From Protoeuglena noctilucae (lineage: Eukaryota): a DNA stretch of 64,000 nucleotides. The position numbers were made by a program, and so were the translations under genes. Under the pieces are notes generated by a model. It was not told the DNA's origin, ran no database searches, and worked only from the letters and a program-made list of their open reading frames with translations. Every line of letters starts with the position of its first letter. Within the stretch, counting starts at the first letter, position 1. The stretch is taken from contig OY253683.1 in assembly GCA_958009085.1 (NCBI GenBank), forward strand, positions 806,001-870,000. Reading direction: 5' to 3'. Of this stretch, positions 24,252 through 37,300 are shown one piece after another.

Positions 24252-25019
24252 CAGGTCCCTGCGAGAGACGCGGCAGCCTCGCGGGCGTTGGAAGGGCGCG
24301 AACAAGATTGCGGGAATGACGCATACGATGGCGCGATTGTTTGGCAAAAGACGGGCCCAGCGGGAGCAGAGCGGTGAATATCTGGCGCTGGTGGCGCTGA
24401 GTTTCAGGTGCAGTAAGGCGTTTTGAGTCTTGACGCGGCTGGGCTCGCACCACAACGCTGCGACAAAGGCGGCGTGCCAACTGCGAACGCGACTCATTGT
24501 AATCGAACCGTCTCGCTCCCTCGTTGAGGTCCTGTCTGTCGTCTGTGCCGCCCCTGTGCGGTCGCCGACCCTTTGAGGAAGCGCCTCGTGCCCTTGGCGA
24601 CGTCCATTGACGGATATGGCGGTCCCTTGGGCGGGGACGAGCGTGCAGCGGGACCCTGTGCTCCGCGCGTCCCCGGCACCCGCGCTCAGGGCCCGCAGGG
24701 GCTTCCCCCCTCTCCATTCTCCAGGTGGCTATGCGCGCAACGGTCTCCGGGCTGCGATGTATTCCGCCCGCGTCCGGGGAACGCTCGCACGGGTGCAACT
24801 CGCGACAGGATCGCTCGTCGGTTCTTGGTCGCTTAAATTAATACCGTACACGCATCATGGATACGTCTCACGCGAGTGAATGATTCGCGCAATCCTCGCA
24901 GGATGCCTGGCATGCGGGAGGGCGGGACTCGCGACGCTGCGACCGCCTCGCTCCTTCCCACCGCGCCAGGAGGGGGCTTCGCGCTGCACCCGCTTCGTTT
25001 TCGGTGAGACTGTTAGCGA

Positions 25020-26852
25020 ATGAATGACTTGCGATCCGAACTGCGGCCATCGCGCCGCCGTTCGCGTGGTCTTAGCTTAGTTGCACACGATGTAGCCCGC
25101 CGTGCGGAAATTCCATGCCGCCTGCCCGCAGCGAGGAGCACGTATAACAACGCGACGAACGCGGCTTTCGAGTACGGAGACGCGGAGGCGAGTCGCGCCG
25201 CGCAGGTAGTGCCGTGCAACCCTGTGCGTCCTAACCTGATACCCAACTCATCGCGCTGTGTCTGCTCGCAGATAGAACACGTAGACGCTGCGCACGAGGA
25301 AGAACGGTGAGGCTTGGAAGGCGCTGGGCGGAATGTGCATGTTCCGCAGCTTGCCCATTGCAGCACGGGGATGTGTGCAGCGCAGTGTGAGGTGTTGCTG
25401 CGCTGCTATCGCTCATCGCGTGCGCTTGGCAACCTGCAGGGCGCTCTCGGTGCGCAAGGGGGCGCGGCTAGCTCCCGAGGGCATGGACGTGATGGACCAC
25501 GTGCGAAAGAGCTTCCGGTGAGAATCGAAGACGTGACATGCACGCCTGCCCTCTCTCAGCCATGGCCACAGTATTCTGTTGGTCAGTCTAGCTCTCAGCT
25601 GCGCGCCTGCTTTCCTCTCTCTTACACCCCCGCAGCCACCACAACCGCCGCATGGTGTTCCTGGACCAGCTCTCTCACCATCACCTCTCTCTCACTCTCT
25701 CTCATCAATTGTCTCCTCCCCTCCCATGCAGCCACCACAACCGCCGCATGGTGTTCCTGGACCAACTCTACTGGGTGCCCCCAGACAACGCGGACCGGCC
25801 CAAAGTGGAGGCTATGGCCGAGGCGTTGAGGGAGAAGGGGACCATGGTGAGCGACAATCATACTAGGAGTGATGCTGATGGTGGTATAAGCACAGTTGAC
25901 ATGGAGGCCATGGCTGAGGTACTGAGGGAGAAGGGACCATGGTGAGAGACAATCATACTAGGAGTGATGCTGATGGTGGTATAAGCACAGTTGACATGGA
26001 GGCCATGGCTGAGGTACTGAGGGAGAAGGGACCATGGTGAGAGACACGCATGGTGGTGTTACTGATGATGGTGACGCAGAGCACAATGGGAGACGCCCCA
26101 ACGCAGCATCCCCCCTCTCATCATCAATTACCGCAGTATTTCCGCAGCTGCCGTCTGGGAGACTCTTCATCATCTCTCATGCCTCCCTCTCTCATTACCC
26201 GCAGCTCCCCGTCGACGTCGTCCAAATCAACCGCAAGCTCTACCTGGCATCGCAATCATGCACGCGCGTCCTGGCACTGGCGACTATGGCCACCTCCCAG
26301 CTTAGGGTGAGCGGGGCAGGGTAGCGGGGTACTGGTAGTGGGTTAACATAGCATAGCCTGGCACAGCCTGGCATGGGATGTGGTGATGGGCACTGGCAAC
26401 CATGGCCACATCCACATACACCCACACCCCACCCCACTGCACCCCTCCTAACTCCCCCACATACCTGCGCAACTACACCTGTCAACCCCCACCCCCACCC
26501 ACTCCCCTCGCAGGTCCGTGTTGTGCGCAAGGACCCCCCCTGGCCCCCCTCCCTGCTCCGCCGCCACGTCCGCTTCAATCGGGACGCCGTGCGCAAGTGG
26601 CTGAGATCAGATGTGGACAGCTATTTGGACTGGGCAGCCCAATGGCAGCCGGATTTGGCGAGGGGGGTGCTGCGGGGCGGTGGGGGGCGGAGAGGGGGTG
26701 GCAGGGGTGGGGGCGAGGCTGGGCGTAGCAGTGAGGGGAGGGGAGGTGCTGAGGGTGGCGGCGAGGGGCGGGGTGGGGTGAGGGCAGGGGGGGGCGTGGC
26801 TGGGGGTGGTGATGGTGGAGAGGGAGCGGATGAGGGGAGGGAAGGACTTTGA
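25020..26852 (+). CDS. ParB/sulfiredoxin-like domain protein (start uncertain)
   Basis: Spliced core DRPKVEAMAEALREKGTMLPVDVVQINRKLYLASQSCTRVLALATMATSQLRVRVV resembles the Srx/ParBc pattern KVxSLxxxI...PIDV...Y.FGGCHRYxA...IPxKLV. All introns are GT-AG and keep the frame. Confidence 0.6.
25808..26045 (+). repeat. 95-bp tandem repeat spanning an exon end plus splice donor (3 copies)
   Basis: atggaggccatggctgaggtactgagggagaagggaccatggtgagagaca occurs at 25901 and 25996 and matches the exon end at about 25805-25855. Confidence 0.9.
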
Positions 26853-27495
26853 GTTCAAGCGAGCTCGCATGCATGTCGAAAGAGGTTGAAAGCAAGCATG
26901 TGCTGGGAGACACAGGATGGTAGCAGAGTTACTGGGATATGAGCGACCACTGCAACAGCAAAGTCACGGGTAGCGCCACTTATGCATACAGCCTAGCTAG
27001 CCTAGCTAGCGGTGAGAGCGAATGGAGCCAATATAATTATACATAAGCTTGCGGTTATGCCCTTCGACAAGAAAAAGGACTCTGGAAATGGTCACGAAGC
27101 GCATAACGCCGCCCGAAAGGGTGGGTGCGCGTTCGATGATGGGTTAGGGTCTTAACATTAATTATCACACATGGGCAACAGGCAGCTGCACGCGTCGGTA
27201 GACACGGGCGCCTCACTCCTTACGCAGGTCGTGGATAGTCTTATATAGTCTTAGATTATATGTAAGCCACCAATGGCCTTATAAACGACGCATGCCATTG
27301 GCGGCAGTGGGGGTGCCCATGCTGCCAATGAGATGACACTCTGCGGTCAAAAAGAGACGAATTGGCGAATGAGCTTTCAGTTGTGAAACATTACGTGACC
27401 CCTTGCAGGGAGGAGGGAACAGCACATAGCACAGCACACCACAGCACCGGCATGCCCTGCCAGCTCATCACAGCCGCTCACCCATTAACTCCGAA

Positions 27496-28373
27496 TTAGT
27501 CGTCCCATGGCTCTAAGAGCCCCGCATCGAGGGCCGTGCCGTCGAAAGGGCTCCGGCGATAGCCCCTTCCGCGCGAAACGTTTACGCCTCCATGCCCGGG
27601 GGGGCCTCGCTCGTCGTCCTCGTCGAAATCATCGCTGTCAGAATCGTCGTCGTCGCCGTCGTCACCGGGATCGGTCTGACTCGCGCCTTGCGCAGCGGCA
27701 GCGCCGTTGGTCTGCGGCGCGTGGTGGCTGGTGGACGGGATGGTCTGGGCACCCTGGGTCGTCTGGGCGGCCCAGAGCAGCTGCTGGGAGGCGCATGCGA
27801 TGGCCCCGCTGGTCGAGAAGAACGCGATGGAGCTTGGTACAGTGCGGAACTGCAGGGAGGAGCAGGAGCGCCTGTTGAATGCGACGACAAAGCGGGAGCG
27901 CTCAACGCTCAGCATTCATGCGCGCGCTCACGCACCCGGGTCCACCGGACGCTGGAGGATGGGCAGCCGAAGAAGGACGCGTCGACCGCGAGGACGTCCT
28001 CCTCCCTCTCCGGGTTCTCCGGGGCCCCGGAGAACACGCCCTCACGGTACCGCCGGTGCGCCTCTCGCGCCGAGCCGCTCTCTCCGCCTGGGGCGACGGA
28101 GATACCAACGATGAGAATATTGCGAGCGGGCGGGTCTCCATCCGCGGACACCCGGGCTCGGCGGACGCGAGAAAGTGCCCCCGCGGCCCCGTCGCGCAGT
28201 CCGATGGGGCCGTCTTCCCGCCTTGGGTTTGAGAAGATGCAACGCCCACGAAGCTAGCAGCGCAGCGCGACCGGGCGCCCCGCATCGGCGCGGGGGCGTC
28301 GTGCTCCGACGACCTCGCCCCCGCGGGGCCTGCTGAGGCGAGATGGCGGCCCCCGCCCCCGCTCACCAGACAT
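27496..28373 (-). CDS. Hypothetical protein with acidic C-terminal tract (gene model tentative)
   Basis: An open, coding-like exon (RNILIVGISVAPG..VLAVDASFFGCPSSSVRWTR|GTGCGT) joins in frame to FRTVPSSIAFFSTSG..DDGDDDDSDSDDFDEDDE..LLEPWDD*. No family recognised. Confidence 0.4.
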
Positions 28374-29004
28374 GTGAGGCAATGAAGACACTGCGCCGAG
28401 AGACGGCGATGTCAATGGCCCTTCCCGGGGCGAAGGAATTGGCAGACGGCCAATGCGGGTCGAAACGCTCGGACGGCTACGCTGGGTCATCGATTGGGAT
28501 GATGAGTTCGCAATGGGGGACCGGCAGGGCGGGCCGAGCAAACGTGCGACCAATCAGGGTTCTGCAACGAGGTTCTGGCGTTTTGTCAGAATCTAGTTTC
28601 AAGCTGAGGTTGAAGCGCCCCGTCCACTTCATCCGCCCATTCGCCACTTTCTCTGCATCAGAAGACGCCCAGAAGTTGCATCGCTCAGGAGGACCGCTGG
28701 ATCCAGCTTCATCTGAACTTACAGGTGGGCGCCACATCCCTGCTTTTCGAACCGATCATTTGTTAAGGAGCCGTCCTGGCGAGTCTTTCGCATTCGTTAT
28801 CGATCAGACAAGCGCTCGCTGCCGAGGATCCGCGGCTTTTGTGCGCCGTTAGGGCGAAGAGCATTCCGGGTTCTTTTCCTTACATGAGCCGGGCCCGCAC
28901 GCCGCCGCGCAGGAATGAGCGCGCGTGTCCAGACCCCGTGCAAGACTCCCGTGATTTCAGCGCGCCGCGGTGTGCTGTGCCGCGCTCGCAGCGCTGCACC
29001 CACC

Positions 29005-29828
29005 ATGACCAAGCTCAAGCTCACGTACTTCCCGGCCGCGGGCCGCGCGGAGCCCATCCGCCTCACGCTTGCGATCGGCGGCGTGGAGTTTGAGGATGAG
29101 CGCATCGTCCGCGACGAGTTCGTCAGCCGCAAGCCCTCGCTGCCCTTCGGCTCGCTGCCCGTGCTGGACGTCGACGGGTCTGTCTACTCCCAGAGCCACG
29201 CAATTCTCCGCTACGCCGGCAAGCTCGCCAAGCTGTACCCGGAGGACCCCCTGCACGCGCTGCGGGTGGATGAGGTGCTCGATGGCCTCACGGACGCTCT
29301 GAACGCCCTTGTCCCGTCCTTCCGGGTGAGACGGTGGCTGCAAGCTGCGGCGCTTCGTCTCTCTGGCCCCACGCTCTATGTCCCCCACCGCTCTGTCGCA
29401 TCGATGTCGTCTCATTGTCACCTGCGACAACCCGCCACTCTTCGACTATCTACTGGGTTGTCTCTCTCCCACCGCTCTGCCGCATCGCTGCTGTCTTTGA
29501 TGTCACATCACTTCTTCTCGTCTCTCAATCACGCCCGCAGGCCCAGGACGACGAGACGAAGAAGCGCCTGCGCACCGAGTTCCTCAAGAACGAGTTCCCG
29601 CGCTACTTCGGCGGCGTGGAGAAGCTCATCGCGGGCCCGTTCGTCCTGGGTGACAAGCCGTCCATCGCGGACGTGGCCATCTACACGTCCCTCCAGAGCT
29701 TCACGGACGGGTCCCTGGACCACATCCCGGCCGACTCGGTCAACGCCTACCCTAAGATGGTGGCCGTGGCCGCGCACGTGAAGGCCATGCCGGCCGTGCA
29801 GGCGCGCCTCCAGGCCCAGGCCAAGTAA
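29005..29828 (+). CDS. Glutathione S-transferase (sigma-like), 2 exons
   Basis: MTKLKLTYFPAAGRAEPIRLTLAIGGVEFEDERI..LPFGSLPVLDVDG..SQSHAILRYAGKLAKLYPED; exon 2 FVLGDKPSIADVAIY..YPKM; intron 29326-29540. Confidence 0.95.
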
Positions 29829-29995
29829 GGGGTCTCTTTTTTGTCAGGTTTCAGCTCGGGCAGAACTGCGCGCGTATTTGCTCAGGCGCGGACAAGAACA
29901 GCGGACGCAGCAGCGGTGGTTGCGCGTGGCTCGGTTCAATTTTAGAAGCCCATGGCACACTGGCGGCGCAGCTCGCGACGTACCGTGTCAAGGTG

Positions 29996-31162
29996 TTAGC
30001 CGTAGCAACGGATAGGGTCGTTGCAGCCCTTAGCCGCGGACTGCTTGCGCCCGAAGCGCCCGCCCTTCTCCAGGTACTGCTGGTGGTAGTCCTCCGCAAT
30101 GTAGAACGTTGTCGCGGGCTTGACCTCCGTCGCGACCTGCGGGGCCGCGAGGAAGGAGCGGATGGGCGAAAATAACGGAGCAATGAGTGCTGTCCATTCA
30201 CAATGCGCTGCGCTGCCCTCGCCTTCACGCCCGCCTTCCGCTTGGCCTCGATGAACGCCTCCGCCTCCTGACGCTGCTCCTCGTTGTGGTGATAGATGCC
30301 AGAGCGGTACTGCGGCGCGATGCGGAGGGGCGGCTTCCCGGCAGGGGCCAGCTGCACCCAGAGTGCACCCTGCGCGCCGCACCCATCCCGCACCCACCTG
30401 CGTCCCAATGTCGTTCCCCTGGCGGTTTAACTGCGTCATATCGACGCGCTGCTCGAAGACCTCGAGGAGATCCGCGAAGGCGCACTCCTTAGGGTTGTAC
30501 GTGACCAGCACGGCCTCGGTGTGGCCCGTGCCGCCGCTGCACACCTGCTCGTACGTCGGGTTCTCCACCTTGCCCTGCGTGTACCCCGACTTGGTCTCGA
30601 CCACGCCCGGCACGCGCTGCGGGGGCAAAGAGAGGCCGTGACCACCCATTGATGTCTCCTCCCCGCGCGGAAGCTCCGATACACCGCTGAAGCCACCACG
30701 CTGTAAAGGATCACCTGATAGGCGAGCTCGATGCCCCAGAAGCACCCGCCAGCGAGCGTCGCGTACTCTAAGCCCGCCGCGGGGCGGTCGGGTGCGGCCT
30801 GGCTCCCCCGCATGACAGTGCGCTTCCGAGCCGCTGCGAGACGACGGTCGCGAAAGTTAGGGTGCAGGACACGCGAGACGCGTGCGCGATACGCTGACCA
30901 GAGCCCCGCGCGACGCACCGGGCTGGCTGTCCGAGGGCCCCGCGACGACGTTGCGGATGCCGTTGAGGATCGAACCCACAAAGTTCATAGGCGTAGAGCG
31001 CGCCACGATCCCATGCCTGCTAGAGACGCTGGCGAGGCAGGGCCTGGCCTGATGTGCTGCCTGCGGGCCGAGAAGCGAGTGCCAGTGGTTGGCCGCCCGC
31101 GCAGGACCCGGTGGCGCTCGAGACAGCCCCCGGGAAGGACATGGGTTTGTAAAAGCTGCCAT
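29996..31162 (-). CDS. MSRA: Peptide methionine sulfoxide reductase A, probably plastid-targeted
   Basis: ATLAGGCFWGIELAYQRVPGV..GYTQG..PTYEQVCSGGTGHTEAV..LNRQGNDIGTQYRSGIY..FYIAEDYHQQYLEKGGRFGRKQSAAKGCNDPIRCYG*; transit-peptide-like N-terminus. Confidence 0.96.
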
Positions 31163-31520
31163 GTGACCGTGAGAGCGCGGCGGGCAGTGCGCGACGCTTG
31201 TGGTGGCCACCCCAACCCACCCGGATAGCACCGGACAGGGATTGCATCCCTAATTTGGCTAGAAACAGGACAGAGTCGCTTTCAAACTGCAGGAGTCTGC
31301 ATCATCAGCCAATTCCTGGTCTTTTCAACTTCGCTGCGCAAGGATCTTGCGTGTGGTGCGCAAGTGCGTCGCTGGAGCTGTTCAGATGTCAAGCTACACG
31401 TACGACGAAGATGTATTTCTTAAACGCCAGGCGGCAAACAACCTTGTGTGCATCAATGGACCATCCTAGCTACCCATCAGCTCAGCTCACGCTCTTCCGG
31501 ATGCGGATGTGCTCCCCACA

Positions 31521-33077
31521 TCAAAACGCCTCAGGCGGGCTCAGCTCCCGGTCTCCGTTCGGACCCAGGGCCTCGCGGACCCACGACGGCGTATCGCGAC
31601 TCGAAATCCACTGCGGGCGCGGGCAGATCCCTCAACAACGCTGCTGCCATGGCCGTGTGACATGCCTCCGGGTCGCTTCAGATGTTCCCCGCGCTGCTCC
31701 GGCCCGCGCTCTCACCAGGGGCGCGTCGTCTCCCTTACGCTTGAAATCGGGGAACTTGGGGCTGCGCTTCCCCGCTGCCTTGTCGGCACGGAAGTCCATC
31801 CACCTGTCTTGCGAGCCCTCCGCGAACAAATCCATCCACAGCGGCTCACGTGGCACGTAAGCGTCTCCGCGAGAGGCGGGCTGCGGGGAGCGGCAGGTGC
31901 AGGGCAGGTGCAAAGCGGCGGTCTGCCGCAGCAACTGCGTTTCGCGTGCTGCGCCTACCTGCAGCAAATGCGGCCGCGGGCAAGCCGGCTGCGACAAATA
32001 ACCCATGATGGCGATATCTTTGAACACGAACGCACCTTGGACGACCCGCGAGCGCCGCTGGAAGCCTCAGATTGCGCCGCGGGCCGGGCGGCCCCGGAGC
32101 CACGCTCTGCGGGCGCCCCACGCTCCGCGCTCGCCCCGGTCCCAGTCCACGCACGTGCCCCCTCCTGCACCCCACCGTAGCCTCCGTATGCGACCCCCGG
32201 GCCCTCGACCGCCTCATAGGCGAGAGCACCCGTGTCCGCCTGGGCATCCCCAGTCCAGCCCTCGCCGCCCGACGGGTTGTACACCACCTTGCTGATTTGC
32301 GATGCCAGGATCACAACCTTGCTGCGCTTGAGCCCTGAGGAGGCAGCGAGGCAGCAGACGGGGTCCTCGACCAGCCACGAACGTTCGCAGCTCGTGGTCC
32401 CCACGCCGAACGGCCGCTGTGGTCCTGTCAAACTTCCCGTCTCTCGCATTCAGTCGCGATTGCTTTGCTCATAAAAAAGTCCCCTCACCCGTTGTCCGGT
32501 CGACCCACGAGCTCGTCTTGAGGGAGCCCTTCACGCACACCAGGCATCCCTTGCCAACCTCGGCCCGCACAAGTTCCGCCAACGGGCCCCACGTCTCGAC
32601 GTCGTACCACGCCGTGTCGCCCTTGCGTCCCGTCTTCACTGCCATCGAGAAGGTGGCGAGGGTCGACGTGTTCTCAAACTTGCGGAAGTCGGGGTCCTGG
32701 CCGAGGTTCCCCATGAGATAGACTGCGCGATGGGGACGCGGGTTGACGCTCTCCTCAACAGGGTAACTTAGAAAGCGAGAGGAAGAGAGGAAAACGAAAC
32801 GCCCGCGATGGCGCGCGCAACTCGCTGCCATGGCGCGCCGGCGCTCGCGCGCACCCGTGTTGGCGAACTCCCGGTCGTAGATGACCGTGTCGATGAACGG
32901 GGCATCGGCAGGAGGCGAGGAGCTCGAGCTGGTGCCACGCGCAGAGGAGAATGTGGCCTGGGGACGCGCGGCCCACGCGCGGGGGTGCAAGGAGACGGCA
33001 AGGATACCAAAGGATCGAGAGTGCGCAGAGACGGTGGGCAGAGCGCACGCGGCGCGCGGGTGGAGCGCGGCGGACAT
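31521..33077 (-). CDS. Organellar single-stranded DNA-binding protein (SSB OB fold + PDF motif; OSB/PTAC9-like)
   Basis: VYLMGNLGQDPDFRKF..TFSMAV..TAWYDVETWGPLAE..KGCLVCVKGSLKTSSWVDRTTG (SSB) plus LWMDLF..RWMDFRADKAAGKRSPKFPDFKRKGDDAPLWI (PDF motif). Confidence 0.88.
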
Positions 33078-34352
33078 TGTTTCGGCCAAGTGCCCTGCAC
33101 AAGCGCGAAGCGGCGTTTGTAACGGCGTAGCGAAAGCCGCCAGTCGAAGGCTACTTATGTCACGCGGCCGCGTAGCAAGGTGCGGCCGGCGGGTCGGCAG
33201 GCAGGGCGCCTGCGGGAGAGCAACCGTCGCGACGCGCGCACAGCAGCGCTCGCCGCGCCGGCCGAGCCCCTGGGCAGCGCGCGGCAGCCGCAGGCACCTC
33301 TTAGCGGCGGCGTGCTGCTCGAGGCCCGGGAGAAGGCGGCGGATACGCGGTGCAGCGCCAGCAGGCACGAGCGCATGGCAGAAGCTGGGAGCTCCGGGCG
33401 ACGGCACTCTTTTCACCGAGTGCGACGCCAGCGGCGATGCGATCTGATAGGTGAAGGTGACTGACCTGTAGCACGACACGGGTACTTTGCGGTGTGTCAG
33501 CCACTGCGTTCAAACGCCTGAACCGTCTACAGAGTGCCAGCGACACTCTTCGAAAATCGGCGCGGTTCATCTCAAACGCGGCATGCAAAAACGGGCAAGG
33601 TACCAACCACCGCAGCTTTCAGGCATTGCAGCACCTCCAGACGCCAACTCCGAGGCAGCGAGGTGCCGAGGTGCTTGACCATTTAGCCAGGCGAAAAAAG
33701 TGAAGCACGTCCACGGCCGTGCCTAGGGTCAGGCGGGAGGTCGTAGGATGGGCGCCAGCGTGAGCGGAGCACGCGTTGCACGCACGTAGCATGGAAAAGC
33801 GCAGCAAAGCACGAAGCACGGGAAATGCGTGCAACTCAGCCATGACTGGTCATCGGGATCTTGACGGGTTCGGGACAGGGATATCCTCGGCTAAGCGACT
33901 GGGTCTAGTAAGGTCGTGACACGCTCGGGTCGTGACACGCTTAGCAGGGCAACTGGGGCTCCTGAGATCGTGACAGGCTCGCGAGAGAGAAATCCTCTGC
34001 AGGGCGACGGGCGGCCCGGGTGCGGCTGCCGCACGCCTGCATGGATGTTGGGAAAGCGATGGGAAGGAACGGACGGATGGGGCATCGGGTGATGACGATC
34101 AAGGTCGGCACAGGGCGGCGGACAGGAAGCGGGAGCGGGGTGGGAGTCTTCTACGTCCTGGCACTGAAGCTGGCTGGAAATGGGACGGCTCAGGCAACGG
34201 CGGACGGAAAGGGGCGGCAAAGGGCGGACGGCCCTGGTTAATTTGGGGACAACCAGGGGACAGTGTGCGTTGCTGATCGGGTGCATGCGTGACTTAGCCT
34301 GGCGGCCGCGGCTTGGCCGGGCGTGCGTTCTTGCCTGGGTGCAGTGCGCTCG

Positions 34353-37300
34353 TCACTCCGGCTTGGCCGGAGAGCCTTTGCCGGGGGCGCTGCCGGTGGG
34401 TGCCTCGCGCTTGCGCACCTTGCCCGCACACACGGCCTCCCACACGCGGGGCTGGGCCATCAGGTTGAGGCCTGGGGGGGGAGCACCGGGGGCGGGAGCG
34501 TCAAGATAGGATGACGTGTTACTTCGATGCTGGCCCCTATTGCTTGCTAGTGCTACTTTTAGCGCTAGCTCCTTCCACGCACTGTCCCCGGCACCTCAAC
34601 CCCCAATTTCCCACCCAGGCACCCCCCTCGACCCTCACCGAGTCCCCCTTTCCCACCCAGGTACCCGCTTCGACCCTCACCTAGCTCCCGCACAGCCTCG
34701 GCCCTCCCCTCCACGTCGAGCAGGTACGTCTTCATGAGCCCCTTCCCCTTGATCTCCATCTCCCTCTCCACAAACAAGCCCTGGTGCTGCGGGGGCAGGC
34801 CCGCGTAGAAGGCCGCGGTGGCGTGGACGTGGCTGGGCAGCGAGGTGCTCTCCATGCGGCTGGCGGTGTTGAGCGTGTCACCCACGAGCGTCATGACCGA
34901 GCGCTTCTGGCCCAGCACGCCCGCGGCGACTGCGGGGGTGGAGTGGGGGTGAGGGGTGAGGGTAGAGTGACGAAGCGGTGTTGCGTCGCGAGTGGACGCG
35001 TCTGGCCCAGCCAGCTAAGCCCGTCACTTAAATAGCCCATCATCTTACCATCTCCATGTGTACACCCGGGCATACCCCCATATCTACAAACTGTGTCCTG
35101 ACCTGCCCTTGCCCTGCCCCGCACCACTCACCCGGCCCCGTGTTGAGCCCCACCCGCGCCTGCATGGCCTTGGTCTCCCCGTCCGGCGTCACCACCACCG
35201 TGTCCCTCAACAGCGACACGAGCGTGACTCCCATGACGAGGGCCGACACGCGGTGGCTGGGGTCGGGCTCGAGGAGGTTGGACGCCACATGTAGGCGTCA
35301 CCCACCGTCTGCTTGGGGGGGTGGGGGTGAGGGTGAGGGAGGAGTGAGTGGTGGGGGTGGCAGTGGGGGTGGCAGTGGGGGTGAAGGTGAGGCTGAGGGT
35401 GAGTGAAGGATGGTTGTGAGGGTGGCATTGAGCGAAGGAGCGGGAATGGAGGAGTGATCTCGGATTCGCTCGGGTGTGCATAACCACTTTTTAAAGACAC
35501 CCGCTTGTTGCATTCCCATCGATTCGCGTCACTCGCCTCGTACTTGTAGCTTCTGAGGTACCCGCACACGCGGTCCAGTGTGTGGAAGATGGAGTGGAGC
35601 ATGATGAGGACCGTCTCTGGGTGGAGGCCAGAGGCCATCTCGGTGTACCCCACCAGGTCCGAGAACATCATGGTGACCTGGGGGAGCGGGGGAATAGGGG
35701 AAATGGGTTGAATACAGATAGGGGAATGGATGCATATGGTGACCAGCGACGAGGCGACCCATCTTGTGTTTTCGGGAGCAGGGCATCCCCATGGCACTGG
35801 CATTGGTTACATACTGCTACATACTGATGTGCCAATGATACTGTGCACATCGGCGAGTCCCATGCGGCTCTCACCTCGTGGTGTTCACGGTAATAGGGCA
35901 TGTCCATGACTCCGATGCCAGGGCTTTCGGTCTTGCTGAAGATGCGTGGGGCGTGGGGGGAGAGCGAGGGGGAGAGGGCGGGGGAGAGGGGGAGGGGTTG
36001 GTCGTGGCTGGGGCGGAAGGGATGCAGGGAAGGGGTGAGCGTGGGAGCAGGAGTGGGAGGAGTGACGGAGGGAGTGGGGTAAGCATGGAAGGGCGGGCAG
36101 CCGTGCCCCTCATTCGAATCTCACCTTATCTTCGAGTGCAGCCGCGCCCCCGAGGACGTCTCTTCCTTGGCACTGGCGGAGTGAAGGGCCAGGCGGTGCG
36201 CTGGGGGAAGGAGGTGGGGGTGGGGGGTGAGAGCGGGAAGTAGCGCATGCAAGTCTAGGAGTGGTGAAAGTGGGGTGAATGGTGGGGCTTGCGGGGTGAT
36301 GAGAGGGGAGAGTGGGGAGAGTGGGTTGAGGGGTGGGGCGTGATAACATATTCGTTGGTCAGGCGCGCTCCACCCACCCCAACCCAGTCCCCACGCCCCA
36401 CCTCACCACCCCACCGCTCCCCAATGCTCACCGTGGCCCCCGCTGCGCTCCGTAAACGCAACGCGGCTCCCCATGTCCTCCAAAATCGACCCCCCCCGAC
36501 CCTCCTCCCCTCCCACCCCACCGACGCCGTCCCTCCCACCCCCACCCACGCTGCGCCCGTGGACGGGGGTGGTAGTAGCCATCGCGGCCATATCCTCCCC
36601 GCGCAGCCCCGCCCCGTGCCGCTCGCTGCGGCCCTCGCCGCCCTGGCTGGCCCCGTGCGCAACTGCCGGCGCCACCGTCGCCCCCCACACCCGCCCGCTC
36701 GACGCCCGCCGCACCCGCGCCTTGTCACCCGCGCCGCTGCGCAGGCGCCCAGGCACCAACCGGAACAGCCAGGCGGCCGGGCGGGAGGAGGGCACGTGGG
36801 TGGACGAGGACGAGGTGCGGGGGAAGGGCGCGGAACGTGCTGTGACCACCCCGCCCGAGGCATCCAGCTTGGAGGTCGTCGCAATCTTGAAATCCTCAAC
36901 GGGTTTGAATTCCTCGCCGGACTTGAACTCCATGCCGCTTTTGAAGTCGTCGCTCAAGGCGTCCCGGATGTCGGTGGGCGGCGGGCGAGGTCGGGGCTTC
37001 GATTCCTGCGGAGAAAATCAGGGAAAAGGCGAACCTTAGCGCGTGCGATCGGAAGCGCGGAGGCGCGGAGGCCCGCCCTCCCGCTCCCAGCCCGCGCTCC
37101 CGCCGCACTACCATACTAACATTCCTTGAGATGAGGGTGGTTATCTCACAGTGCCCAGCTGCCCCTAACCCCACCAACCTCACCTGCAGTGCCCTGCTCA
37201 TCCCTTGCCTCCACCCACCATCTCCACCACCACCCGCACCTGCGTCGACTTGCTCAGTGCTTGCCCCCACCTCACCACCACCACCACCCTCACACACATT

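Noticed and set aside
27105..27132. GAAA-tetraloop hairpin (gcccgaaagggt) as a possible ribozyme or ncRNA
   Set aside because: It is only a short stem with no recognisable hammerhead, tRNA or snRNA core around it.
29996..31162. Selenoprotein MsrA
   Set aside because: The catalytic GCFWG uses TGC (Cys), with no in-frame TGA.
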